Positions 1-7,486 of a DNA stretch of 31,952 nucleotides are shown in pieces. How positions within the stretch are numbered: the first letter of the stretch is position 1; each line of letters starts with the position of its first letter. A program made the translations under genes and the position numbers. The notes below the pieces were generated by a model. It did not search any database. It saw nothing but the letters and a program-made list of their open reading frames with translations, and was not told the DNA's origin. The stretch comes from a virus (taxonomy: Duplodnaviria; Caudoviricetes): the IMG/VR virus record IMGVR_UViG_3300033406_000030, positions 1-31,952 of that record. One strand, given 5' to 3'.

Positions 1-2
1 TC

Positions 3-140
3 GCCGCCCTGCGGGGTGTTCGGTTTGTTTCCGCAGTGGAAGCCGACGACGGAGCGCGTATGGCTGAAAGTCTGATCAAGCAAATGACCGGGCAGGACAA
101 AATCGCCGCCCGGTTTCTCCATGGAGATTGGTTTGAATAA
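3..140 (+). pseudogene. Interrupted phage/plasmid primase, P4 family (D5/SF3 helicase domain); 5' part lies left of the window
   Basis: Frame 3 reads AALRGVRFVSAVEADDGARMAESLIKQMTGQDKIAARFLHGDWFE* (TAA 138-140). This matches the 'LxGxRFvxaxE...LxExliKqlTGgDxixARfL' segment of P4/D5 helicases but stops mid-domain. GC content drops after about position 125. Confidence 0.8.
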
Positions 141-1674
141 CCTCTGACCTCAAGAAACTATACTTGACGCGTAGTTGCAGTTTCTTTTTTCCGTCAGGAT
201 TATCTTCGTCCGGAACGAGTGAAACTCTAATCTTATCAACGATTAAGCGAATCGCAGATCTCTTTGTTTCGGGATCTTCAGCATCAACATTACCAACAAT
301 CGTTTTTAGTTTTTCTTTGGCGAAAGGAAATTGATCGACAAGTAGATTTGTGGAAATTGATTCCGAGTCCAGCGAAATAAGCCGTTCTTTTAACGTGCCA
401 ATGCTTGCTTCAATTTGTGAAAGCTTCAGTTCTCCAACAGATCGGCTTACAGATTCTTTTAATATCATGTCAAGTAACGTGCTGTATTCTCGATAGTGTT
501 CTTTTATCGCTTTTTCAATCATTGCCCGTTCGTTAATAAACGAGCGGACTTTTTTTGTTTCACCACAAAGATCAAAATATTTGTCTATTTCATCAGGGTT
601 TTCAGCAAACATAAGTATTTGGTCCCATATGTATGTTTCTATCAGCGTTGCATCCAGTGATGGCATAAAGCAACGTGTGTCACGCCCAACAATTTTACTT
701 CGCCCGTTGCAGCGGTAATACTGTTTTCCTCGTTTTGTGTTACCTGAAAAACTACGCCCACAATTTTCACACTCAAGTAGGCCTCTCAATAAGTAAAAAT
801 TTTTGCTGTCGCCAATCGAATCAATCTGATTCATCCGCAAAGTATCCTGAACAGAATCCCATACTTCTTCGTCAATTATAGCGGGGCATTTTCTTACTAT
901 TGGCGGCTTATCATCTTTTCTTTTTTTCCCGTATGTATGAGTTCCTTTGTATAACTCAGACGTAAGAACAATGTAAATTCGTCCAGGGAACCAAAGGCCG
1001 GTTGTAGCTCCCTTTTTTGGATTGTATCCTTTTGTTGTATATACAGTAGGGATTTTAAGCGCGTTCAAATGTTCGGCGATTTTTACGGTACTATACTTTT
1101 TGAGCGCAAGATCATATATTAATCGCACGGTTTTTGATTCTTCTTCATCAACTACCAGGCAGTGGTCTTCTATGTGATACCCAAGCGGCACGATACCGCC
1201 CATCCATCTATTATCTAGACGAGCCGCACGATTTACACCATTGGTAAGACGTTCGACAATATTATCCCGGTCTAGTGCAGCGACAGAAGCCATAATTGAT
1301 AGCATAAACCGACCAGTAGGAGTGGACGTATCGAACGGCTCAGTCATCGATTTGATTATTGCACCTGCCTGCTCAAGCTCATACACGCTATTTAGTATGA
1401 CCCTGGTATTGCGGCCAAATCGATCAATTTTATACACCAATACTTCATTGATTTTTCCAGCAGTTATGCCGGCCATTAACTGGCTGCCAACGGGACGCGC
1501 GGAAAGTGGGATTGTCCCCGTGAATCCATCTTCAGCATAATATTGAACGTTGTCGGCGAGCTCATGCAGATCAACGTATTTTTCCGCAAACTCTCTTTGC
1601 GCTTCAATCGTTCCTCTTTCAGCTTGTGCTTCAGTTGAAACACGCATGTAAATGGCGATTAATGGCATGCGCAA
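76..1674 (-). CDS. int: Large serine recombinase / integrase
   Basis: N-terminal YMRVST (catalytic Ser), YKIDRFGR, recombinase domain (GGIVPLGY...YKG), zinc ribbon CENCG...YYRC...C, and a coiled coil. Confidence 0.95.
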   Translation of the reverse strand: MRMPLIAIYMRVSTEAQAERGTIEAQREFAEKYVDLHELADNVQYYAEDGFTGTIPLSARPVGSQLMAGITAGKINEVLVYKIDRFGRNTRVILNSVYELEQAGAIIKSMTEPFDTSTPTGRFMLSIMASVAALDRDNIVERLTNGVNRAARLDNRWMGGIVPLGYHIEDHCLVVDEEESKTVRLIYDLALKKYSTVKIAEHLNALKIPTVYTTKGYNPKKGATTGLWFPGRIYIVLTSELYKGTHTYGKKRKDDKPPIVRKCPAIIDEEVWDSVQDTLRMNQIDSIGDSKNFYLLRGLLECENCGRSFSGNTKRGKQYYRCNGRSKIVGRDTRCFMPSLDATLIETYIWDQILMFAENPDEIDKYFDLCGETKKVRSFINERAMIEKAIKEHYREYSTLLDMILKESVSRSVGELKLSQIEASIGTLKERLISLDSESISTNLLVDQFPFAKEKLKTIVGNVDAEDPETKRSAIRLIVDKIRVSLVPDEDNPDGKKKLQLRVKYSFLRSEVIQTNLHGETGRRFCPARSFA

Positions 1675-1689
1675 TTACCCCCGTTAGGC

Positions 1690-1977
1690 TTACTTTATGA
1701 TGTTCTCTTGAACAATTCCGGTGCACTTACCGTTTTGGAACGAAAGTGACATCTGGTATTTGTCGCTATGCCAATAATATACCGACCCCATAGAGCCTAA
1801 ATTAGTGATGGAGTTAGGCTTGCCTACAACTGAAATGATCTTCTTTTCACTTTTTCCCATCATATCGCCGAGGGAGATAAAGCTATTTTGCAGGTTTTGG
1901 CTAGTCACGGCATTATTCATCCTTGATAAAAGAAAGAATACGATAATAACTGCAACAAATATACTAAACAGTTCCAT
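1690..1977 (-). CDS. Small membrane-anchored protein with BLIP/SmpA-like (DUF3862-like) domain, in the lysogeny region
   Basis: N-terminal hydrophobic helix and a GKSEKKIISVVGKP...YYW...LSFQNGK pattern; located between cI and int. Confidence 0.6.
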   Translation of the reverse strand: MELFSIFVAVIIVFFLLSRMNNAVTSQNLQNSFISLGDMMGKSEKKIISVVGKPNSITNLGSMGSVYYWHSDKYQMSLSFQNGKCTGIVQENIIK

Positions 1978-2120
1978 GTCAACACTACCTTTCAAAATTA
2001 AACTTCACATGGCCCCATGGCAATAATCACAGATTCAACTACAAATGACCAATATCCCCCAAATGTACTGTCTTGTATATGCCCATTTCCAAAACGTCTT
2101 TTTCTTAGCAAAAAGGATGC

Positions 2121-2492
2121 TTACGACTTTACCCGTTTGGGTGCCGGAGCATCCTTTCGAGGAAACAGGCCAGCTGCCGATTCAGTCCGAACCATGATTT
2201 CGTCTTTGATTTTTTCATCCATCGAGCGAAGATGCATGAGATGTTCGAGCTCTTTATCCGAAACTTCAATTTGAGAGGGCTTTTCTTCCCATCCCATGAT
2301 ATAGGCAGGCGATACACCATACAGGATTGATAGTTTTTCAACACTATCAATAGGTATGTTTGTTATTATCCCAGTTTCATATTTTGCAATTGTTTGCTTC
2401 CTAACTCCCAATTTATTGCCGACCTCTTCTTGAGTCATTCCGGCATTTTCCCTGCATAACTTCAACTTATCAGCTTTATTCATTGAAAACAT
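2121..2492 (-). CDS. cI: CI-like XRE HTH repressor (no S24 peptidase domain)
   Basis: LKLCRENAGMTQEEVGNKLGVRKQTIAKYETG HTH; divergent from a Cro-like gene. Confidence 0.88.
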   Translation of the reverse strand: MFSMNKADKLKLCRENAGMTQEEVGNKLGVRKQTIAKYETGIITNIPIDSVEKLSILYGVSPAYIMGWEEKPSQIEVSDKELEHLMHLRSMDEKIKDEIMVRTESAAGLFPRKDAPAPKRVKS

Positions 2493-2514
2493 CCCCTTCT
2501 ATCCTCTTGCGCTC

Positions 2515-2543
2515 ATTATAAACTAATAACACTTTTGGAGCAA
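2515..2543 (-). promoter_or_regulatory. Sigma-A promoter for the repressor
   Basis: On the minus strand: TTGCTC (2543-2538), 17 bp, TATAAT (2520-2515). Confidence 0.7.
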
Positions 2544-2569
2544 CATTTTTCTTAAAATGTGTAAAAAAA

Positions 2570-2619
2570 CACTTTACAAGTGCTTAAAATTATTATACTA
2601 TTAAGTCACTTAATAAGTG
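2570..2619 (+). promoter_or_regulatory. Early lytic promoter with two palindromic operators
   Basis: TTTACA (2573), 17 bp, TACTAT (2596). Operators CACTTtacAAGTG (2570-2582) and CACTTaatAAGTG (2607-2619). Confidence 0.7.
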
Positions 2620-2642
2620 CCGACAATAAGGAGGTGATTTAG

Positions 2643-2849
2643 TTGATACAAGTAAACGAACTAAAAGGAAGAATTGTTGCAAAAGGATTTACCCAGCAAG
2701 AAGTGGCCTTGGCAATCGGAATATCTCCAAAAACTATGAGCAATAAACTAAGGGCTGGCGTTTTTGGAACCGATGAAGCCGAAAAACTGATTGATCTTTT
2801 GGGTATTGAAAATCCTTCTGCGATTTTTTTTGCGAAGAAAGACACTTAA
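2643..2849 (+). CDS. cro: Cro-like HTH regulator (DUF739-like)
   Basis: ELKGRIVAKGFTQQEVALAIGISPKTMSNKL; AAGGAGG RBS; divergent from cI. Confidence 0.85.
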   Translation: MIQVNELKGRIVAKGFTQQEVALAIGISPKTMSNKLRAGVFGTDEAEKLIDLLGIENPSAIFFAKKDT

Positions 2850-2857
2850 AAAGTGTC
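2841..2857. promoter_or_regulatory. Third operator, overlapping the cro stop codon
   Basis: GACACTTaaaAAGTGTC, an extended palindrome with the same core. Confidence 0.65.
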
Positions 2858-2929
2858 GATAAGGCAGAGATAAAACAATATTACCACTTTTAAAAACAAT
2901 ATTTTAAAGCGACGAAAGGAGGAACAACA

Positions 2930-3094
2930 ATGTCGGTATACCGGGGCGAAATTATCATAGTCGAAGAGTTTGGCACGAGACCGCGGAGCGAGGTTTTCGC
3001 CGACCTTATGGAGCTGTTTTTAGGTAGACATGCAAAATTACTGTTGGAACAGGATGCAAAAAAGGCAGAGGAAGAAGGGAAGGCCGTCTCATGA
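2930..3094 (+). CDS. 54-aa hypothetical protein (not in ORF track)
   Basis: AAAGGAGG RBS; MSVYRGEIIIVEEFGTRPRSEVFADLMELFLGRHAKLLLEQDAKKAEEEGKAVS. Confidence 0.7.
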   Translation: MSVYRGEIIIVEEFGTRPRSEVFADLMELFLGRHAKLLLEQDAKKAEEEGKAVS

Positions 3095-3210
3095 AACGCT
3101 ACCACAACATCCTGATCTACGGTCCAGACATTCCTCGCCGCGAGAAATACACGTTTGCCATCGTTTGCATCGTTTTGTTTGTGGCAACGTTGCTGCTGAG
3201 TCCGACATGA
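3091..3210 (+). CDS. 39-aa membrane microprotein
   Basis: ATGA coupling to the upstream ORF; hydrophobic C-terminus FAIVCIVLFVATLLL. Confidence 0.5.
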   Translation: MKRYHNILIYGPDIPRREKYTFAIVCIVLFVATLLLSPT

Positions 3211-3274
3211 AAAAGATCATCAAGCGCGGCACGTATACGGAGGGACCGCCCAAAATTGTAGGAGGTGACGGAAA

Positions 3275-3400
3275 GTGAGCAAAGGGGCATTGTTGATCAC
3301 AGTCACGATTATCGGTTGGCTGGCAGTAATCGGGGCGTGGAACGTGATTGTGCGGGCGAACAAACTGGCGATGCCGCTGTGGGTATGGATGGATAAATGA
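3275..3400 (+). CDS. 41-aa membrane microprotein
   Basis: AGGAGG RBS, GTG start; ALLITVTIIGWLAVIGAWNVIV helix. Confidence 0.55.
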   Translation: MSKGALLITVTIIGWLAVIGAWNVIVRANKLAMPLWVWMDK

Positions 3401-3414
3401 AAGGAGGTGCGCCC

Positions 3415-3567
3415 ATGGATAAAATGCCGAAATGCTATCAGCCGACGTGCGCAGTGAATACCGACTGTTCAAAAGCAGTAAAGAACTGGATATGTGAAAG
3501 GTGCGAGTGGAAGACCGATTTTAACAAATTGATATTTGATCCGGGAAATAATGAGCAAAATAAATGA
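3415..3567 (+). CDS. 50-aa Cys-rich microprotein
   Basis: AAGGAGGTG RBS; CYQPTC...C...CERC. Confidence 0.6.
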   Translation: MDKMPKCYQPTCAVNTDCSKAVKNWICERCEWKTDFNKLIFDPGNNEQNK

Positions 3568-3665
3568 CCGCCCTGCTCTGGCAAGCAAGACGGTCGGTGA
3601 GAACTCTTTCCGCGATGAAATTCTGTCTCTGTCTGTATTATACCAACAAATTTTCGGAGGTGCAA
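3556..3665 (-). ncRNA. Putative minus-strand small RNA unit (promoter plus terminator hairpin)
   Basis: On the minus strand: TTGCAC (3665-3660), 17 bp, TATAAT (3642-3637) with an extended TG. Hairpin GACCG..TGCT/AGCA..CGGTC at 3566-3594, followed by ATTTATTTT. Confidence 0.5.
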
Positions 3666-3667
3666 AT

Positions 3668-3904
3668 ATGAACACATTAGCCCGAATCATAAAAATCCTA
3701 GAAGCCGAGTTGAGCCTGGAAGAACGCGAAGCAATTGGTATCACGGAATCCACTGCGTTGCGAGAGCTTGGAGCAGACAGTATGGATTTGGCTGAGATAG
3801 CAATCGAGATTGAGGAAGAGTTTGATATAGGAATTTCAGACGAAGAATGCGACAAGATCGCCACTGTCGGGGATTTACTGAGAATTGTGGAGGCGAAGAA
3901 ATGA
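3668..3904 (+). CDS. Acyl carrier protein (phosphopantetheine-binding)
   Basis: GGAGG RBS; 78 aa, acidic; LGADSMDLAEIAIEIEEEFDIGISDEECDKIATVGD matches the AcpP consensus LGADSLDxVElvmalEEEFxieIpDEeaekixTVgD. Confidence 0.9.
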   Translation: MNTLARIIKILEAELSLEEREAIGITESTALRELGADSMDLAEIAIEIEEEFDIGISDEECDKIATVGDLLRIVEAKK

Positions 3905-4092
3905 AATGCAAGGATATGCCGAAAACCCCGCGCATGTGTGAAATCATTCTGTGCGCCAAGTGCCTAAACTCAGGCGGGACGATGGTAAATATTAACGGAG
4001 TCTACCAGCACCCGAACTGCAAGCAGCCAGTGAATCGAAAGATGTTAGAAAAGATACAAGAAGAACGCCAGAAAGCAGTTGAAGCGTCATGA
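3901..4092 (+). CDS. Hypothetical Cys/His-containing phage protein
   Basis: ATGA overlap with the ACP stop; CAKC...HPNC. Confidence 0.6.
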   Translation: MKCKDMPKTPRMCEIILCAKCLNSGGTMVNINGVYQHPNCKQPVNRKMLEKIQEERQKAVEAS

Positions 4093-4352
4093 ACACCGAT
4101 AAACCGCTCACCTGCGCAGACTGCGGCAGAGAATTGACATCGGACACCATGCAATACCGATACTTTCCGAGCGGTTGCGGCAGGGAGATCGTTTGCCGCG
4201 ATGATCGGACGTGCGAACCAACGATGACATCAATCGTTTGGAGGATGGACAATGAAAGCAAAAGTGAGGCTAAACGGACACAGGCCGCGAGTCGAACGCC
4301 ACGGAGCGGCATTGGTTATAACACTAACCGATGTTACGGGGTCAACTGTTGA
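4089..4352 (+). CDS. Hypothetical zinc-finger-like protein
   Basis: CADCG...C...C; ATGA coupling. Confidence 0.5.
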   Translation: MNTDKPLTCADCGRELTSDTMQYRYFPSGCGREIVCRDDRTCEPTMTSIVWRMDNESKSEAKRTQAASRTPRSGIGYNTNRCYGVNC

Positions 4353-4461
4353 GGTTGATATGGATATGACTGAGGGCGGCTACTTAGGAAACGATATTCA
4401 CGAGGTCGTAAATGAGTACAGGGCAGAACAAAGTCTGACAAAAGGGAGGATACAATTTTGA
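4252..4461 (+). CDS. Hypothetical protein
   Basis: GGAGG RBS; stop overlaps the next start. Overlaps the previous ORF by about 100 nt. Confidence 0.5.
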   Translation: MKAKVRLNGHRPRVERHGAALVITLTDVTGSTVEVDMDMTEGGYLGNDIHEVVNEYRAEQSLTKGRIQF

Positions 4462-6494
4462 GACTACTTCGCGAAATACTGACAAATTTCAAAGGCATAC
4501 GGTCATTCACCTTCGAACCGAACGGAGAAAACAGCAACGTTTTGGCAATCAATGCAGTAGGAAAAACAACCTTGTACGATGCTTTTCTCTGGCTGTTTTT
4601 TGACAAGGACAGCACTGGGAAAAAGGATTTCGAACTGAAGACGCTGGATGCCGAGGGAAAAGTTATCCCGATGATTGACCACGCTGTCGGCGTAGTGATC
4701 GAGCATAACGGCGCCAAGATTACCCTCAAAAAAACGCTATCTGAATCATGGGTAAAGGCAAGGGGAACCATTACGCCTGAGTTCAGCGGTCATAAAACAG
4801 TCTATGAGATCAACGAGGTTCCAAAGCAAAAGAAAGAATTTGACGCCTTTATTTTTGGTCTCGGCAGCGAAAACGTGCTGCGAATGGTTTCTGACCCTGA
4901 CTACTTCCCCGGCAAGATGGCGTGGCAGGATCGCAGGAAGATTCTGATGGATATCTGCGGCGATATTTCAGACGCTGACGTGATCGACTCGGCGGTCACA
5001 ATTGGCAACAAAAGCATGCTCGACCTGCTTATGGTCCTGAATTCCGGTCGAACGATTGACGAACATAGAAAGGTTCTAGCCGCCCGAAAGACTGCCGTCA
5101 ACAACGAAATTAAGGCCATTCCAATTCGCGTAGATGAAGCAACAAGGTCTCTTCCGGGAGACGGTAAGTCCGGCCTTGCAGAATTGCAGTCAAATATTGA
5201 AAAATTCCAAGCCCAAAGAAAGGAGATTGAAACAAGCCTGCTTGCATTGGAGCAGGGCGGCGCGATTACCCAGAACAAACTGCGGCTGCAACGAATTGAA
5301 GCAGGACTTCTCGCAGAGCAGAACAAGGCGCAGGGCGATAAGCAGGCGGTGGTCGGGGCAAAGCGCAAGGAATACGGAGCGTTGGTCTTTAAACGGGATG
5401 ATGCGTCCTTCCGAAAGACCGCGACAACGAACAAAATAACCCAGCTGCAGGAAGACATTAATCGGCTAAAAAATCAGTGGGAAGCCAAAATTGCCGAATG
5501 GAAAGCCGAAGACGCGAAAGAAGCCCCGGCAACAGAAACATCCGGCATCTGCCCTGCCTGCGGTCAATCGCTTCCGGAAGAACAAGTTCAGGCGGCAATC
5601 GACAAGGCGCTTACGGCGTTCAATACTTCCAGGGCAACCAACCTGGAGCGAATCCAAACCGAAGGGACTGCAATCAGAACCAAGCTCGACACGGCAGAGG
5701 CGGAGCGGTTGAAACTCGAACAATCCATTCCTGCCATAGACGTCGAAATTGACATTCTGGCAAAAAAAATCAGTGGGTTAAGTTCAGAAATCACCGCCCT
5801 TGATAATCAGCCGCCCACAGAACAATCCTTCGAAACCAAGGCCCTGCTGCATGAGCAAGGGAACCTCTTGTTAGATATCAAGGCCCTTGAAGAATCCAGC
5901 GAACCCGAACGGATCCGGCTGACGAACCAATTATCATCCGTGCAGCAAAACATTGCCGACTTACAGGCGGATGTCGCCAGAACCGAAGCCCGGGCAGATG
6001 GGTTGAAGCGAATCGAAGAATTGAAGGCAAAAGAAGAAGTATTGGCAGCCGAAGCTGCGCAACTGGAACGCCAAACAACTGTTGTTGAAGAATTTACCCG
6101 AACGAAAGTAAAACTGCTGGAATCAAAGATTAATACCAAGTTTAAATATGCAAGGTTCAAAATGTTTGATTGGTTTATCCACAACGACGAGCCTTCATCA
6201 ACATGCGAAGTGCTTGGGCCGGACGGTGTTCCTTACGGCAGCGGCTTGAACAATGCAGCCCGAATCAACGTGGGAATAGACATCATCAATACGATTGGCG
6301 CCCACTACGGGTTTGTCGCTCCTATCTTTGTAGACAACGCAGAGGCGGTAACGCAGTTGATCGACACCCCGGCGCAACTGATTCGGCTGGTAGTTCCCGA
6401 TATCATCGTCCGAGACGAGGACGGCGTAATCGACGAAGAGGCGACCGAGAAGCGGCGCAAAAAGTACAGCAAATTAGTTGTGGAGGCGGGGTGA
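4458..6494 (+). CDS. Rad50/SbcC/SMC-like ATPase (phage recombination module)
   Basis: NFKGI, Walker A-like NAVGKTT, long coiled coil with a central CPACGQ zinc hook, Walker B IFVDNAE. Confidence 0.88.
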   Translation: MRLLREILTNFKGIRSFTFEPNGENSNVLAINAVGKTTLYDAFLWLFFDKDSTGKKDFELKTLDAEGKVIPMIDHAVGVVIEHNGAKITLKKTLSESWVKARGTITPEFSGHKTVYEINEVPKQKKEFDAFIFGLGSENVLRMVSDPDYFPGKMAWQDRRKILMDICGDISDADVIDSAVTIGNKSMLDLLMVLNSGRTIDEHRKVLAARKTAVNNEIKAIPIRVDEATRSLPGDGKSGLAELQSNIEKFQAQRKEIETSLLALEQGGAITQNKLRLQRIEAGLLAEQNKAQGDKQAVVGAKRKEYGALVFKRDDASFRKTATTNKITQLQEDINRLKNQWEAKIAEWKAEDAKEAPATETSGICPACGQSLPEEQVQAAIDKALTAFNTSRATNLERIQTEGTAIRTKLDTAEAERLKLEQSIPAIDVEIDILAKKISGLSSEITALDNQPPTEQSFETKALLHEQGNLLLDIKALEESSEPERIRLTNQLSSVQQNIADLQADVARTEARADGLKRIEELKAKEEVLAAEAAQLERQTTVVEEFTRTKVKLLESKINTKFKYARFKMFDWFIHNDEPSSTCEVLGPDGVPYGSGLNNAARINVGIDIINTIGAHYGFVAPIFVDNAEAVTQLIDTPAQLIRLVVPDIIVRDEDGVIDEEATEKRRKKYSKLVVEAG

Positions 6495-6495
6495 A

Positions 6496-6705
6496 ATGCC
6501 TGTGAAAAAGAAGATTCTTCCAACATGGCCGGTGGGAACCACAGTGAAAATGGTTAATTGCGCAGATGCAGAGCTTGAAAAATACAAGGGGAAAACCTTT
6601 GCGACGCGAAGCGAACCTTGGATGTTAAGCGGGCATACTCCTGTTGTCATGCTGAAAGGCGTGAGTGGTTGCTTTGGGACTGACTTTTTACAGGAGGTGT
6701 TATAA
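6496..6705 (+). CDS. Hypothetical protein
   Basis: RBS present; in operon. Confidence 0.6.
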   Translation: MPVKKKILPTWPVGTTVKMVNCADAELEKYKGKTFATRSEPWMLSGHTPVVMLKGVSGCFGTDFLQEVL

Positions 6706-6912
6706 ATGCCAAAACTATGCCCGCTTCTGTGTGCCGCCGTACTAACAAAAAGCGATGCAAACGGCCTTATCGGACGGGAAGTAGAAATGTGTTGGTGCGG
6801 GGAATCCAATTGCGCATGGTGGTCGCCATACGAACAGTGTGAGGTTCGGTCCATTGCCGGCAGCCTAGCAGACATTCAAAACGAACTCAATCGCAGAAAC
6901 CAATATTTATAA
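6706..6912 (+). CDS. Hypothetical Cys-rich protein
   Basis: AGGAGG RBS; CPLL...C...CAWW...C phage-type motif. Confidence 0.65.
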   Translation: MPKLCPLLCAAVLTKSDANGLIGREVEMCWCGESNCAWWSPYEQCEVRSIAGSLADIQNELNRRNQYL

Positions 6913-6931
6913 GTGAAAGGGGCAAATATAA

Positions 6932-7264
6932 ATGTTAAAACCAAACGAAGCTATCCTGTCTGCGGAGATCGCGGCAGAATGCGTAAAAATTATTTGCACA
7001 GCTGCCACGGGTGGTGGCCGTCCACCCGCATACCGAAATCCTGAACAAATTTCTTTAATCCTCGACATGGTAAATCAAGCCATTGACGCCATGTTGCCGC
7101 TGGAAGTACCGGAGCCAAAATGCGGAACAACCTTCGCCATCCCCATTCAAGGCAGAGAATCAATCGGCAACGATGCTGCGGCAGAAATTGCCCGGATATT
7201 CGAAGAATGCATTAACAAAAACACTGGCAATTTACGGGATTTTTTGCACAGAAATCGGTGTTGA
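6932..7264 (+). CDS. Hypothetical protein
   Basis: AAAGGGG RBS; in operon. Confidence 0.6.
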   Translation: MLKPNEAILSAEIAAECVKIICTAATGGGRPPAYRNPEQISLILDMVNQAIDAMLPLEVPEPKCGTTFAIPIQGRESIGNDAAAEIARIFEECINKNTGNLRDFLHRNRC

Positions 7265-7282
7265 GAAAGGAGATAAGCGGTA

Positions 7283-7486
7283 ATGAAAACCAAGGAAATC
7301 AGCGTATCGGTCAAGTTTACCAAGAACCTCGGAAACTATCAGTCATTTGTCGCCGAGGCCGGAATCGTAATGGAGATCGAACCCGGCGACGATCCGGGGG
7401 GGGCATTCGCCACGGCCTTTGAAAATGCCAAAGAACAGGTTCGAATTCAACTGAAACAAGTGAAAGATGGAGGTATGAACGTATGA
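7283..7486 (+). CDS. Conserved small phage protein (TxNLGNYQS motif)
   Basis: FTKNLGNYQSFVAEAG motif; AAGGAG RBS. Confidence 0.7.
   Translation: MKTKEISVSVKFTKNLGNYQSFVAEAGIVMEIEPGDDPGGAFATAFENAKEQVRIQLKQVKDGGMNV

Noticed and set aside
3536-3667. N-terminal extension of the ACP (122-aa track ORF)
   Set aside because: The RBS and ACP homology start at ATG 3668, and the extension spans a hairpin/promoter region.
4458-6494. Wadjet/Lamassu SMC defence system
   Set aside because: No partner genes; the RecT plus MBL context indicates a phage recombination module.
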